Assembly: GCA_963736005.1 (NCBI GenBank)
Contig: CAVTNB010000001.1
Coordinates: forward strand, 1,344,001 to 1,408,000
Source: an uncultured Pseudomonadota bacterium
Lineage (GTDB): Bacteria > Vulcanimicrobiota > Vulcanimicrobiia > Eremiobacterales > Eremiobacteraceae
Reading direction: 5' to 3'
DNA: 64,000 nucleotides
A program made the translations under genes and the position numbers. Numbering within the stretch: position 1 is the stretch's first letter; each line of letters starts with the position of its first letter. Below are positions 1 through 10,449 of the stretch, in pieces. A model generated the notes under the pieces. The model saw only the letters and a program-made list of their open reading frames with translations. It made no database searches and had not been told where the DNA came from.

Positions 1-608
1 ACCACTGTCACGGTTCCTTGGAAGTTAATGGTTGTAATCTTTTCTAAAGTAGGAATGCCTCCCGTGGGATAGCCGCTCGCTGATAAAATACCACTCGGGT
101 TTGTCCGGACGAAAATTGTTTGGTCGTTTGGCTGAAGAAAGAAATCAAACTCTTGGGGGCTTGAGCCGCAGTAAGTTGTCGCGGTTTGACCTAAGGTGGT
201 TGAAGTCCATGCTCCTGTAGCGGGATTACTTTGAAAAGACACTGACATTGGATCATAGGCCGTTGCTAAAGTGGATGAGGTGTCTAGTTCCTCAGTCGTC
301 GAAGGATTTGTGATAGTAAAGGGTTCCCAATTTACTCCGGGCTGCTGACCCCACGATAAGACATTCCAATCAGCTCCAGCGCCCGTTGCATATACGGCTG
401 GATAAGGGGGCTGGGTTTCAAGGAGAGCAAAGTTGTTTGTGGCTTTGAATGGTTCTACAGTGCAATTCTTTGTGCAATCCTTTAGCGGAGGCGGTGCTGA
501 ACTTTCTGATCCGCCGCCACCACATGCCGACAGTTGAAAAAGCAAGCATAGGGTTAGAACTTCAGCTAATAACAAAGCGAAGCGAACAACGGTATCCTTC
601 CCGTTCAT
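1..608 (-). CDS. Putative lipoprotein, unknown function (runs off the window edge)
   Basis: Hand translation gives an open frame MNGKDTVVRFALLLAEVLTLCLLFQLSACGGGGSESSAPPP... to position 1. GGAGG RBS upstream of the ATG at 608; LSAC lipobox. Not in the ORF track because it has no stop inside the window. Confidence 0.8.
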   Translation of the reverse strand, partial: MNGKDTVVRFALLLAEVLTLCLLFQLSACGGGGSESSAPPPLKDCTKNCTVEPFKATNNFALLETQPPYPAVYATGAGADWNVLSWGQQPGVNWEPFTITNPSTTEELDTSSTLATAYDPMSVSFQSNPATGAWTSTTLGQTATTYCGSSPQEFDFFLQPNDQTIFVRTNPSGILSASGYPTGGIPTLEKITTINFQGTVTV

Positions 609-846
609 CGGGGAACCTCCGTAGGGAGCACCTCTAGCCCGTCAAGCGGCGCCACGATAGCGTCGTTCTGTTGAATGCAAAGATGATGTCCAGGCGGCGC
701 GGGAAGTTTTCTGCGCCGCGGTCAAAATCGCTTCAAAAAGCTAATTGATCGGACGTTTCCAAATCGCGCACCAGACATTTCGAAACCGGTTTTAGGGATC
801 GCAGGTCAGCACTCGTTGTCCCAGAATGGCGCGTCGGAAGTCTTTT

Positions 847-3519
847 TTAGACGGTCGCGAGACCGTGGCACTTCTTGTATTTCTTGCCTGAACCACACGG
901 ACACGGGTCGTTTCGTCCGACCTTCTTGTCCGCATTGCGCACCGGTTGTTGCGGGCCTGATGATTCGTCGCGATTGGAGCGCAGCCGGTCGAAGCGGTGC
1001 AGTGCTGCCGAATCTGGCTGGGGCATCGTGGAACTCGGCGTGGGCGCAGGTTGCCCGTCGCCTGGTAATGACTGTTGCGGGGGAGGCGGCTGCTGCACGA
1101 CGATGTGAAAGTCATCGCCTTGGAACATGCCTGCAAGAAATTCTTCCTGAATCGCGACCTTGAGATCTTCGAAGAGCTCGAACGCTTCTTTTTCGTACTC
1201 GACGCGCGGGTCTTTTTGCCCCCAGCCGCGCAGGCCAATGCCCTGGCGTAAGCTATCCATCGTGTAGAGATGATCGATCCACAAACGATCGATGATCTGC
1301 AGCATCGTTGCGCGCTCGAGGTTGCGGAGTGCCTCGCGCAGTCCTTCCGAGTCGAGTTCAGTGTAACGCGCAATCATGCGCTCTTCTTTTGCCGTATACA
1401 TCGCGTCGGCTTCGCGTGCCAATAAGTCCACTGCCTCTTCTTTCGACAGCGGCTCCAGCTGCGCGGCGGTCACTCGTTTGCTGATGCCCCGGATGGTGGC
1501 TTCCAGGTCCACGAGAATCTGCCCGCGATCCCATTCGTGGGGATGCACGTTGTCGGCGCAATTAGCATCCACGGCTTGCTGAGCTTTTTCGCGCAAAATC
1601 TCAGTTAGGCTTGGTCGCAGGTTGTGCCCTTCCAAGACGCGCCTGCGCTCCGCGTAAATGACAGCGCGCTGCTTATTCATGACGTCGTCGTACTCGAGCA
1701 CGTGCTTGCGCTGCTCGTAGTTGTGCGCTTCGACTTTCTTTTGCGCGTTCTCAATGCTCTTCGTGAGAATGCCAGCCTCGATCGGCGTATCGTCGTCGAG
1801 TTTGAAAAGCTCCATGGTCGAGCGAATTCGCTCACCACCGAAAATGCGCATGAGCTCGTCGTCGAGGGCAACGTAAAAGCGCGACGAACCAGGGTCGCCT
1901 TGTCGGCCCGATCGCCCGCGCAGCTGATTGTCGATGCGGCGTGACTCGTGGCGCTCCGTGCCCAGGATATGCAAACCGCCAAGGGTTGTGACGCCCTCAC
2001 CGAGCTTGATGTCGACGCCCCGCCCGGCCATATTCGTGGCGATCGTCACCTTGCCGCGAAGTCCAGCATCTTTGATGATCTCGGCTTCTTTTTCGTGATA
2101 CTTCGCGTTGAGGACATTGTGCTCGATCCCGCGCTTGGACAGCAGTCCCGAGAGACGCTCTGACTTCTCGATCGAGCGCGTTCCGACGAGCACCGGTTGT
2201 CCAGCATTATGCCGCTCGACGATCTCATTGATGACTGCCCGAAACTTGCCTTCTTCATTTTTGTACACGACGTCATCGTTGTCGGTGCGGCATACCCCCA
2301 CGTTGGTGGGAATCGCGATGACGTCCAATCCGTAGATGTCGCGGAATTCGCGCTCTTCGGTCTTCGCCGTGCCGGTCATGCCAGCGAGTTTCTTGTAGAG
2401 GCGGAAGTAGTTTTGGAACGTGATCGTCGCGAGCGTTTGATCCTCGCTCTTGACTTTGATGCCTTCTTTTGCCTCGATGGCTTGGTGAATGCCATCCGAA
2501 TAGCGACGCCCATACATTAAGCGCCCAGTAAACTCGTCGACGATGACGATCTCGCCGTCTTTGACCACGTACTGCTCGTCTTTGCGGAATAGCTCTTTGG
2601 CTTTGAGCGCGGCCTGCAACTGGTGCGTGAGTTCGAGGTTTGACTGATCGTACAGATTTTGGACGCCGAGGATTTTTTCGACCTTGGCCACACCGGCTTC
2701 GGTGATTGGTACCGCGTGCATTTTCTCGTCGACTGTGTAATCTTGCTCTTTGCGCAATTGCGGCATGACGTTTCGGGCAAAGTGTTCGTACAGGTGCGAG
2801 GCGTCTTTGTAGGTGGGCCCGAGCACGGCCTCGGGCGACCCGCTGATAATGAGCGGAGTACGCGCCTCATCAATAAGAATCGAGTCTACTTCGTCAACGA
2901 TGGCGTAGTTGAGTTCGCGCTGCACGCAGTAGGCAAGATGCGGCGCCATGTTGTCGCGCAAGTAGTCGAAGCCTGCCTCGTTGTTCGTCACATAGGTGAC
3001 GTCGCTTGCATACGCCGCTCGTCGCTCGGGTGGTGGCATGAAGTGCTGAATAACGCCAACCGACAGACCGAGGAATCGGTAGATGGGACCCATCCACTCG
3101 GCGTCTCGTTTGGCCAGATAGTCGTTGACGGTGACGAGATGTACGCCTTTTCCGAGAAGCGCATTGAGGTAGACGGGGAGCGTCGCAACAAGCGTTTTGC
3201 CTTCGCCCGTTCGCATCTCGGCAACTTTGCCATCGTGCAGCACCATGCCGCCGATCAGCTGCACGTCAAAATGTCTCATAGATAGCGTGCGGCGCGCGGC
3301 CTCGCGGCAAACGGCAAACGCCTCGACAAGCAAATCGTCGAGGCCTGCACCTGCAGCAATCCGCTCGCGAAACTCCACCGTCTTCGCTGCGAGCGCTTCG
3401 TCGCTCAGCGCGGTCATGCTGGGCTCGAGCTCGTTGATCTGTACTGCGATCTTGCGCAGGCGGGCGACCTCGCGGTCGTTCCCGTCAACCCACGAGCGTA
3501 TATTTTGAATCAGGGACAA
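847..3519 (-). CDS. secA: Preprotein translocase ATPase SecA
   Basis: [33 protein letters not shown] and C-terminal SEC-C motif [19 protein letters not shown]. Confidence 0.99.
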   Translation of the reverse strand: MSLIQNIRSWVDGNDREVARLRKIAVQINELEPSMTALSDEALAAKTVEFRERIAAGAGLDDLLVEAFAVCREAARRTLSMRHFDVQLIGGMVLHDGKVAEMRTGEGKTLVATLPVYLNALLGKGVHLVTVNDYLAKRDAEWMGPIYRFLGLSVGVIQHFMPPPERRAAYASDVTYVTNNEAGFDYLRDNMAPHLAYCVQRELNYAIVDEVDSILIDEARTPLIISGSPEAVLGPTYKDASHLYEHFARNVMPQLRKEQDYTVDEKMHAVPITEAGVAKVEKILGVQNLYDQSNLELTHQLQAALKAKELFRKDEQYVVKDGEIVIVDEFTGRLMYGRRYSDGIHQAIEAKEGIKVKSEDQTLATITFQNYFRLYKKLAGMTGTAKTEEREFRDIYGLDVIAIPTNVGVCRTDNDDVVYKNEEGKFRAVINEIVERHNAGQPVLVGTRSIEKSERLSGLLSKRGIEHNVLNAKYHEKEAEIIKDAGLRGKVTIATNMAGRGVDIKLGEGVTTLGGLHILGTERHESRRIDNQLRGRSGRQGDPGSSRFYVALDDELMRIFGGERIRSTMELFKLDDDTPIEAGILTKSIENAQKKVEAHNYEQRKHVLEYDDVMNKQRAVIYAERRRVLEGHNLRPSLTEILREKAQQAVDANCADNVHPHEWDRGQILVDLEATIRGISKRVTAAQLEPLSKEEAVDLLAREADAMYTAKEERMIARYTELDSEGLREALRNLERATMLQIIDRLWIDHLYTMDSLRQGIGLRGWGQKDPRVEYEKEAFELFEDLKVAIQEEFLAGMFQGDDFHIVVQQPPPPQQSLPGDGQPAPTPSSTMPQPDSAALHRFDRLRSNRDESSGPQQPVRNADKKVGRNDPCPCGSGKKYKKCHGLATV

Positions 3520-3537
3520 GTGTTATTATTTTCCTTT

Positions 3538-3563
3538 AGCGGACCTAAAGGTCCGCTGCTACA
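3538..3563 (-). repeat. REP-like palindrome, family A (AGCGGACCTAAAGGTCCGCT-GCTACA)
   Basis: Inverted repeat followed by CTACA (TGTAG on the - strand); related copies at 13563, 15881, 44515 and 46721. Confidence 0.85.
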
Positions 3564-4122
3564 CAAGGGTTGTTTCGATAAGGCCGAGCTGACCTCCGCG
3601 CCTCTTATAAAGAACGTTGACCGCCCCCGTAAGATTGTTGACAAACAGGAAAAAGTCGTGCCCGAGCAGGTCCATTTGAACCACGGCCTCCTGCGGGTCC
3701 ATTTTCCTGATCTCGATGCGCTTTTGGCGGACGATGTGCAGCTCTTTGTCAGAGCCATCTGCATCCGAGGTCACCTCTTGCCCGCGCCTCGGTGGCCGGC
3801 GGGCTGACGTCTTGAGCTTGCCGTTGGTCTTCAGATGGTGCGCCCAATGCTTGGTTTTGAACTTGCGGATCTGCTGCTCCAAGCGGTTGCGCACGAGGTC
3901 AATTGAAGCATGCATGTCCGGCGAGCGTTCTTCCGCCTTGATCACATGGTGCTTGAGGTTCAGCACGACATCAACGATCTGAACCGAGCGCTCCGTTCGC
4001 AGCGTAACGTGCGCATCCAAAATCTGATCGAGGTAGTGGGTGAGGTGGCCGACTTTTTCTTCAACGTAGCCCCGCAGCGCGGAGGTGACCTTCAGGTTGC
4101 GGCCTTTGATGTAGATATTCAT
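3559..4122 (-). CDS. hpf: Ribosome hibernation promoting factor (long HPF)
   Basis: N-terminal S30AE domain (IKGRNLKVTSALRGYVEEKV) and C-terminal EAVVQMDLLGHDFFLF...NVLYKR; upstream of secA. Confidence 0.95.
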   Translation of the reverse strand: MNIYIKGRNLKVTSALRGYVEEKVGHLTHYLDQILDAHVTLRTERSVQIVDVVLNLKHHVIKAEERSPDMHASIDLVRNRLEQQIRKFKTKHWAHHLKTNGKLKTSARRPPRRGQEVTSDADGSDKELHIVRQKRIEIRKMDPQEAVVQMDLLGHDFFLFVNNLTGAVNVLYKRRGGQLGLIETTLV

Positions 4123-4363
4123 GAGCCGGATGCTCCGTTAATCTTAGGATTGGCGCTGTTCGTGCGGCGGGAAGAGCCTCCTGCACCTGCACCGTTAAAG
4201 TCAACAGCGGCGCGCCACGGGCCGCATGCGGCTTTGCGAGCAAGAGCATCACAACCAAGAGCACGACAAGCGCGATGATCACGAGCACAATGCGCGCGAC
4301 GATATACGGTCGCTGCGGTCGAGTCTTGATGATCTGCCGTTTGGGCGGCTGGATGTTCCCCAT
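4061..4363 (-). CDS. Small hypothetical membrane protein
   Basis: ATG lies 1 nt after the deacetylase stop; basic N-terminus plus one hydrophobic helix. The 3' end overlaps hpf, so the true end is uncertain. Confidence 0.45.
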   Translation of the reverse strand: MGNIQPPKRQIIKTRPQRPYIVARIVLVIIALVVLLVVMLLLAKPHAARGAPLLTLTVQVQEALPAARTAPILRLTEHPAHEYLHQRPQPEGHLRAAGLR

Positions 4364-4364
4364 G

Positions 4365-5207
4365 TTAGGGCGAGCTCGCAATCACTACACGAATTGGATC
4401 GTTGATGCTCGCGAGCGGCAAGCGCTGCGTTAATTGCGAGAGGGTGACAAACTCGAAGCCTGCGTCACGGTACGAGCGAACGATGCGCGGCAGCGCTTCG
4501 ATTGTCGCCTCTTTTCCGTTGTGCAACAAAATGACTGCCGGCGAGCGCGCGCGGCTCGTGACATCGGCGACGATTTGGTTGGCGTCGATCGAGCGCCAGT
4601 CTCCTGGGTCCACATCCCAGAGCACCATGACGTCGCCTTCTGCGCGAGCAGCATCGATAGTCGCTTCGTCGTAGTTGCCATGAGGCGGGCGAAAGAATCG
4701 AGGATGCTCGCCAGTCAACCCCTCGATCGCCCGTGCTCCCGCTGCAATCTCTTGTCGCTGCCCTGCCATGCTCAGCGTGGACAATTCGGGATGTGTATTC
4801 GTGTGGTTGCCAATTTCTATGCCTGCTGCCCGCACACGTATGGTGATCGCCGGCTGCGCCGCCGCGTCGCGACCAATGAGGAAGAACACGGCCGGGACCT
4901 TGAGCGCCCGAAGTTGTGCAAGCAAGAGCGGCGTGAGAACGGGAAAGGGTCCATCATCAAAGGTGAGAACGGCGAGCCGCGGCCTCTGTGGAGGACGCAA
5001 GCTTTCGCTTACCTCGAGCAGCATGCGCTGCGTGATCTGTGAGGCCGATGGCGCGATAACCTGGGCGGCGGCGACGTCTGGGGGAACGATCACCGGTACC
5101 AATTCGAGCTGCGCATGATGGATCCAGCGGCGCAAGACTATGACCGCGACAACCAAGAGGACAAAAAGCGCCCACGAGAGCGGGCGCTTCCACCAGGGGA
5201 ACTTCAC
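4365..5207 (-). CDS. Membrane-anchored polysaccharide (NodB-type) deacetylase
   Basis: TFDDGP, NHTNTH, RPPHG, DWR and LLH motifs; N-terminal TM. Confidence 0.92.
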   Translation of the reverse strand: MKFPWWKRPLSWALFVLLVVAVIVLRRWIHHAQLELVPVIVPPDVAAAQVIAPSASQITQRMLLEVSESLRPPQRPRLAVLTFDDGPFPVLTPLLLAQLRALKVPAVFFLIGRDAAAQPAITIRVRAAGIEIGNHTNTHPELSTLSMAGQRQEIAAGARAIEGLTGEHPRFFRPPHGNYDEATIDAARAEGDVMVLWDVDPGDWRSIDANQIVADVTSRARSPAVILLHNGKEATIEALPRIVRSYRDAGFEFVTLSQLTQRLPLASINDPIRVVIASSP

Positions 5208-5213
5208 GTTTGC

Positions 5214-6548
5214 TTAGATGCGGTAATCGCGGCCAACAACAATGACAACGTCGTCGCCGTCCATGGGCGCGACGTTGATGTGCGGATTCTTCACTGGCAG
5301 CGCCTTGGCAACTTCGCCCGCAACTTTCTGGTCCGAGGTTTCGATGGTCGTCGTTTGATAGCCGAAGCTTGCGGCGTTGCTCGTGTCGACGACGTCAAAG
5401 CCGCGCTGTCGCAGGAAGTCTGCCATCGCCGACGCTGCGCCAGGCGTGCCCGAACCGTTCTCGATGCGCAGGTGGACATTCGACGGGTCGAATTTGGTTC
5501 CAAAGCCCACAACCAGATACTGGTGCACGGTCTTGCTGGCATCGCTTGACGCGAAGAGGACGGACTCACCGTTCGTCCACCCAATTTCCACGGGGAGTAC
5601 CGAACTGTGCACCGATTGCGGCGAGACGCCGCGCATGCCCAGCGCTAAATCGTAGAGTTTACCGAAGGTCATGTCGGTGCGAATGTTATCTTTAACGACC
5701 GCCAGCAGCGCCGGGAGATGGAGCGCAATGTTTGGATCGCGGAAGCGCTTGGCGAGAATTTGTACGACCTGGCGCTGTCGTCGCATCCGCCCGAAGTCCC
5801 CTTCGGGATCGTGGCGAAAACGAATGTAGCCAACAACCTGATCGCCGGTCAGATGCTGTGTGCCCTTCTTCAGATGAATATGCAGTTGACCCCACGTGTC
5901 ATCGTAGTCCATGTCTTTCTCGACGTTGACATCCAGACCACCGATGGCATTGATGATATTCTTGGTCGCGTCGAGCCGTAAGACCACATAATAATCAAAG
6001 GGTGGAACACCGAGATTTTTTTGGACCGTTGTTTCGGTGCGCTGCGGTCCGCCGTCCCCATAGGCCTCGTTGATCTTGCCGTAACCACTTTTTGGTATGT
6101 AGACCCAGAGGTCGCGTGGGATCGAGAGCACGCTGACCTGCTTGCTCGCAAGGTCGATGTTGACTCCGATCAGCGTGTCGGTTCGCGCTCCGGCAGTGTA
6201 GGCAACGTCGCTGTCAGTCCAGTTTTCATCCAGACCCATGACGAGCACGCGTAAATTTGGTTTGCCGAACACTTGCACGAGATCCGGCGCCGGCAAAAAC
6301 GGGGCAAGCGCGCTACCAACGCCCCCCTTATACTTGACATAGCCGGTTGCCGCAATTAAGGCGATGAAAAGAATCGCTGCGATGACAAGGAAGCGCCGGC
6401 CCCAGCCACGGCTGGGCGGCGCCACGGGCGGCTCACCCGCTCCCGGCTGCGTTGATGATGCCTTCGGGGCGTTGCCGGTGTAATCGAGATCAGCCAAGGA
6501 AGAAAACCTCTCTCGGGCGGTTGCAGAACGACTTGACTTGTCGCCCAC
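5214..6548 (-). CDS. LCP (LytR/CpsA/Psr) family protein with LytR C-terminal domain
   Basis: RTDT, SIPRDLWV, KINEAY, RFRHD..GDFGRMRRQ; C-terminal NGSGTPGAA and VVIVVGRD. Confidence 0.93.
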   Translation of the reverse strand: MGDKSSRSATARERFSSLADLDYTGNAPKASSTQPGAGEPPVAPPSRGWGRRFLVIAAILFIALIAATGYVKYKGGVGSALAPFLPAPDLVQVFGKPNLRVLVMGLDENWTDSDVAYTAGARTDTLIGVNIDLASKQVSVLSIPRDLWVYIPKSGYGKINEAYGDGGPQRTETTVQKNLGVPPFDYYVVLRLDATKNIINAIGGLDVNVEKDMDYDDTWGQLHIHLKKGTQHLTGDQVVGYIRFRHDPEGDFGRMRRQRQVVQILAKRFRDPNIALHLPALLAVVKDNIRTDMTFGKLYDLALGMRGVSPQSVHSSVLPVEIGWTNGESVLFASSDASKTVHQYLVVGFGTKFDPSNVHLRIENGSGTPGAASAMADFLRQRGFDVVDTSNAASFGYQTTTIETSDQKVAGEVAKALPVKNPHINVAPMDGDDVVIVVGRDYRI

Positions 6549-6579
6549 TCCATCAATTTATCGGTTGGTTTCTGGATGG

Positions 6580-7068
6580 CTATCGGTAATTGACGAACTG
6601 TACTGGAAAGTCTAGGGGCATTTCCTTCACAAGCGTAATGGCCTTTTGCAGTTCGTCCTTCGATCTGCTGGAGACCCGGACTTGCTCGTCCTGGACTTGG
6701 CTCGCGACCTTTAGCTTAGAATTCTTGAGCGCCTCGGTGATTTTCTTGGCTCGGTCGCGGTCTATGCCCTGCGCAGCGGTTACCGTTTGTCGCAGCGTGC
6801 CGCCCGCGGCGGGTTCCGCCTTTTCAAATCGCAAGGCTTTGAGGGACACCTGGCGCTTGACGCACCTGGTTTGCAAAATGTCAACGACGTTGCGCAGCTT
6901 GAGGTCATCGTCGGCGACGATGGTTATCGTCAAGTCGGTGAGTTCGATGGACGATTTTGAGTTTTTTAGATCAAAGCGCGTCGCAATCTCCCGCTGCACT
7001 TGATTGACTGCGTCTGCGAGATTTTGCCTATCGACGCGAGAGACAATATCGAATGAGAAATCACTCAT
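6580..7068 (-). CDS. yajQ: YajQ family nucleotide/c-di-GMP-binding protein
   Basis: SFDIVS...RFDLK...QFVNYR signature, 162 aa. Confidence 0.95.
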   Translation of the reverse strand: MSDFSFDIVSRVDRQNLADAVNQVQREIATRFDLKNSKSSIELTDLTITIVADDDLKLRNVVDILQTRCVKRQVSLKALRFEKAEPAAGGTLRQTVTAAQGIDRDRAKKITEALKNSKLKVASQVQDEQVRVSSRSKDELQKAITLVKEMPLDFPVQFVNYR

Positions 7069-7852
7069 GCGGGCCGGTCAGCTGGCTGGAGGAGGTCTTC
7101 GCTGCAAAGACGCGATCCTCCACTTGGCCGGCCGTCCCGAGCCTGCCGAGGTCCTTGCCGTCGAAATTTGCGACGACACCGCCTGCGTTGCCCGCGCGCA
7201 TCGAGATTTCGCGTGCACCATGGAACTCGCGGACCGTTCCTGCGGGCAATGTTTCATACACGACGCGTTTGCCGTCAACGGTGATAGAGAGCCAGCTCGG
7301 CTGCGTCAGTTGAAGACGCAAGTTGACACCGCCCTGACTTTGCGCATCCGCCGCTGCTTGCAATGTATTCGAAGTGCCCGGACCTCCCGGGGAGAAAATG
7401 TGGGGAGCTTGCGCGACATTCACTGCTGCATTTTGATTTGACGTCGGGCGCAAAACACCGAACAAACCAACCGCAACGTTGATGACCAAAATTCCCGCGA
7501 TGACGGTGAGCGCTCCGAGCAGCCACGGGTACCAGGGTGCCGATCGTAACGTTCGATCGGAGCGCATAAGGAAAATGTTGTTGCTGAGGTTGGCCTCATC
7601 CGTTTGCGCTGCTACCGGACGATCTTCGGGAAGCTGCGCGACCAGTGAAACAGGGTCGAGGCCTAGCAACCGTGCGTAGTTGCGCAGGAAGCCGCGGACG
7701 TAGACGGGCTCCCCCACCGCCGACCAATCCTCGCGTTCCATTGCCTCGACGAACATTGTACGGATGCGCAGGCGTGCTGCGGCCTCACCAGCGGTGAGCC
7801 CGAGTTGCTTGCGTGCGGTCGTGAGTTGTTCGCCTAGAGCTTCCATGGCCAA
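7061..7852 (-). CDS. rodZ: RodZ-like HTH-TM-DUF4115 protein
   Basis: HTH with VYVRGFLRNYARLLGLD, a TM segment, and C-terminal GNAGGV...GRLG..GQV. Confidence 0.85.
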   Translation of the reverse strand: MAMEALGEQLTTARKQLGLTAGEAAARLRIRTMFVEAMEREDWSAVGEPVYVRGFLRNYARLLGLDPVSLVAQLPEDRPVAAQTDEANLSNNIFLMRSDRTLRSAPWYPWLLGALTVIAGILVINVAVGLFGVLRPTSNQNAAVNVAQAPHIFSPGGPGTSNTLQAAADAQSQGGVNLRLQLTQPSWLSITVDGKRVVYETLPAGTVREFHGAREISMRAGNAGGVVANFDGKDLGRLGTAGQVEDRVFAAKTSSSQLTGPHE

Positions 7853-8014
7853 TTCGCTCTTCGAGGTCTAAAAGAAGGGAAGGGAAATTCGGTCTGCGCA
7901 CGATGCGCGCAGCCGACTCCCGATAAGATGAACGGGGTACTCATGAAAGGAATTGGGAATGTTCGCACACAGTCCTTTCCTGGACCGTTTGCCCCAACCA
8001 AAGCTGAGCAGCCT

Positions 8015-9148
8015 GTGATAACGGACAACCGACCAAGCTCCAGATCCCGCCACCGTCCTTCGGGGCGCGCCGCGGCTTGCCTCGCCGCTATGAGCGGGGG
8101 CGTCGATAGCTCGGTGGCAGCCGCCCTGCTTGCTGGTGACGGCCATAACGTACTGGGCATGACCATGCGCCTGTGGAGCCCCGGGCCCGGTTTATTGAGC
8201 GAAAAGGTTCGCCAATGCTGCGGACCGACCGCTTATGAGGACGCAAAGAGCGCCGCTGAAGTGGCCGGCATACCCCACTATATCGTCAATTTTGAAGCGG
8301 CGTTCAGTCGCGCCGTCATCGAGTACTTTTGCGCCGAATATCTTGCCGGACGCACGCCCAATCCATGCGTGGCCTGCAACAATCTCGTCAAATTCGGAGC
8401 GTTGCTCGATTTCGCGCGCGCGCTCGGAATCGTGACCCTAGTCACCGGACACTACGCGAAGGTGGTCGTTGACGATCAGGGTCCTCACTTGTATCGGGCC
8501 GACGATCGTTCCAAAGATCAATCGTACATGCTCGCAGGACTGCGACGCGACCAACTCGCCTCCCTCATTATGCCGCTCGGCACGTATACGAAGGAACGCA
8601 CGCGCGCGGTGGCGCGCAAGCTTGGCTTGAGCGTGGCTGACAAGCCCGACTCGGTGGATTTATGTTTTGTCGATGGCGATTATCGCTCGTTTATCGCCCA
8701 GCGTTTTCCCGATAGCGCGACATCAGGTCCGGTCATCACACTGGATGGTGAGATTGTCGGTACGCATGATGGATTGCTGGGTTACACTGTCGGTCAGCGC
8801 CGAGGATTGCCCTCGGATCTCCTGGACGGGCCCTGGTACGTCGTGCGCACCGACCGCTTGTCAAATGCGGTGGTGATCGGTCAGCGTGATGCGCTTGCAA
8901 AGCGTTCCGCGTCGTGCAGTGCGACAAATATTCTTCGCCCCGACCTCTTCGAGCGCGAGCCCGTGCGTGGCGTCGCGGTTACTCGCTACAGAAGCCGCGG
9001 CATCACTGCGCTCGCGCGCATCACGTCTCATGGCGATCTGGTGGTTGACTTCGATGAGCCGGTGCCGATGCTCACGCCCGGGCAGCTCCTCGTGCTGTAC
9101 GATCCAGACGACTGCGAGGTGCTTGCGTCGGGCGTTATCGAGCCATGA
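8015..9148 (+). CDS. mnmA: tRNA 2-thiouridylase MnmA (CxxC type)
   Basis: SGGVDS PP-loop, GRTPNPCVACN, KDQSY, YTVGQRRG and TPGQ; start codon uncertain (GTG 8015 chosen). Confidence 0.95.
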   Translation: MITDNRPSSRSRHRPSGRAAACLAAMSGGVDSSVAAALLAGDGHNVLGMTMRLWSPGPGLLSEKVRQCCGPTAYEDAKSAAEVAGIPHYIVNFEAAFSRAVIEYFCAEYLAGRTPNPCVACNNLVKFGALLDFARALGIVTLVTGHYAKVVVDDQGPHLYRADDRSKDQSYMLAGLRRDQLASLIMPLGTYTKERTRAVARKLGLSVADKPDSVDLCFVDGDYRSFIAQRFPDSATSGPVITLDGEIVGTHDGLLGYTVGQRRGLPSDLLDGPWYVVRTDRLSNAVVIGQRDALAKRSASCSATNILRPDLFEREPVRGVAVTRYRSRGITALARITSHGDLVVDFDEPVPMLTPGQLLVLYDPDDCEVLASGVIEP

Positions 9149-9244
9149 TATTGTGCAAGGTATATCACGCATTGCAAGGGGATTTCCGGGTTGAAGCCCC
9201 CGACTGACAAGCCGATGACTTGTAGAGAGGATCGGAAGGTTAGC

Positions 9245-9856
9245 ATGAAGCTCGCTCCGCTGATTGCCATTCTGCTCGTCCTCGGCGCCTGCGCGCCACA
9301 TGCCGTGCCATCGTTCGGCTACAAACCCGAAGCCGTGGCAGGCATCACACGTGCGCGTTGCATCGAGATCTTAGGGAAGCCGCAAGATTCGCAGCCCTTC
9401 TCTATGCCAGGCACGAATCTCGCAGCGGAGGCGATGACGTATCAGTTTGGACAGGTGCTGGTGCAAAATGGCATTGTGGTGGCCGTCTCCATCAACAACG
9501 ATCCTGCATTTGTCGGACCATTTGGCATCAAACTCGGCATGTCTGAAGACGATCTTCGCTCGGCGCTCGCTCATCATGGCCACCACGCTGGCCATGTCGA
9601 GTTGTACGACGCGATCGGCCGCCAAAGCGATACTCGCACAAAAGACATCTACGACGACACGGACCACATGATGATCGAATTGACGGCAACCAACGCGAAC
9701 GATCCGCTGGCACCTTTTAATGTTGCCCAAGTGACCCTCGCGAACCACCCTGGAATGATTCTCATTGAGGCCTTCACGAAGGCCAGAATCGCCGGGCTCT
9801 ACCCCGACGTGCACGTTGACAACTTCGTTTCAAACGCTTGGCAGATCGGACGCTGA
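9245..9856 (+). CDS. Hypothetical lipoprotein
   Basis: MKLAPLIAILLVLGAC signal with lipobox. Confidence 0.7.
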   Translation: MKLAPLIAILLVLGACAPHAVPSFGYKPEAVAGITRARCIEILGKPQDSQPFSMPGTNLAAEAMTYQFGQVLVQNGIVVAVSINNDPAFVGPFGIKLGMSEDDLRSALAHHGHHAGHVELYDAIGRQSDTRTKDIYDDTDHMMIELTATNANDPLAPFNVAQVTLANHPGMILIEAFTKARIAGLYPDVHVDNFVSNAWQIGR

Positions 9857-9859
9857 CGA

Positions 9860-10447
9860 ATGACCGACGAACCGCTTCCACAACCTCCCGATGAGGATTT
9901 CGGCGTCACCATGCCGCCGAACGCTCGTATCGGTACTTTGGTCCTCGAAAAGCCAACGCGCACGATGCACGTGCAATTGGCAGACGGGGGCGAGGAAAGA
10001 ATTATTGCAGCCCATGACTTGCGCTCGCTCTATGGTGCCCGCATCCGGCATGTATCCGTGACGCGCGTGCCGCCGAAGTCTCAGGGCATCGCGCTGAGTT
10101 CAACCGCGTTGAAAGCGACAGGTCGCTTGCCGCAGGCCGCGCTGGACCCCAGTCACCGAACAGGCACGGAGGTGGTGCGCGAAGACTTGTATTACGCGAT
10201 TGCCATGCGCATTGAGAAGCTGCCCGAACTATGGTATCTCAATGCCAGCTCGTTTAACTTCCGCAAAGCGCTCGGTGCGGATGCAACCTACTCAACCGAA
10301 ATCAACTTGCGCGAGTTCGTGCGCCGGCTCGCTCAATTCTCCCCAGACGCCGTTCGCGATGGGTTTTTTACGGCGATCCTCCAGAGCTCACCGCTGCCGC
10401 CTCCGCTCGAAAGCCTGCTCGAGTTCTTCCGGATCGTCGCGCGCTAA
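9860..10447 (+). CDS. Hypothetical protein
   Basis: 195-aa ORF 3 nt after the lipoprotein gene; ends just before the corrected mqnC stop. Confidence 0.65.
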   Translation: MTDEPLPQPPDEDFGVTMPPNARIGTLVLEKPTRTMHVQLADGGEERIIAAHDLRSLYGARIRHVSVTRVPPKSQGIALSSTALKATGRLPQAALDPSHRTGTEVVREDLYYAIAMRIEKLPELWYLNASSFNFRKALGADATYSTEINLREFVRRLAQFSPDAVRDGFFTAILQSSPLPPPLESLLEFFRIVAR

Positions 10448-10449
10448 CG

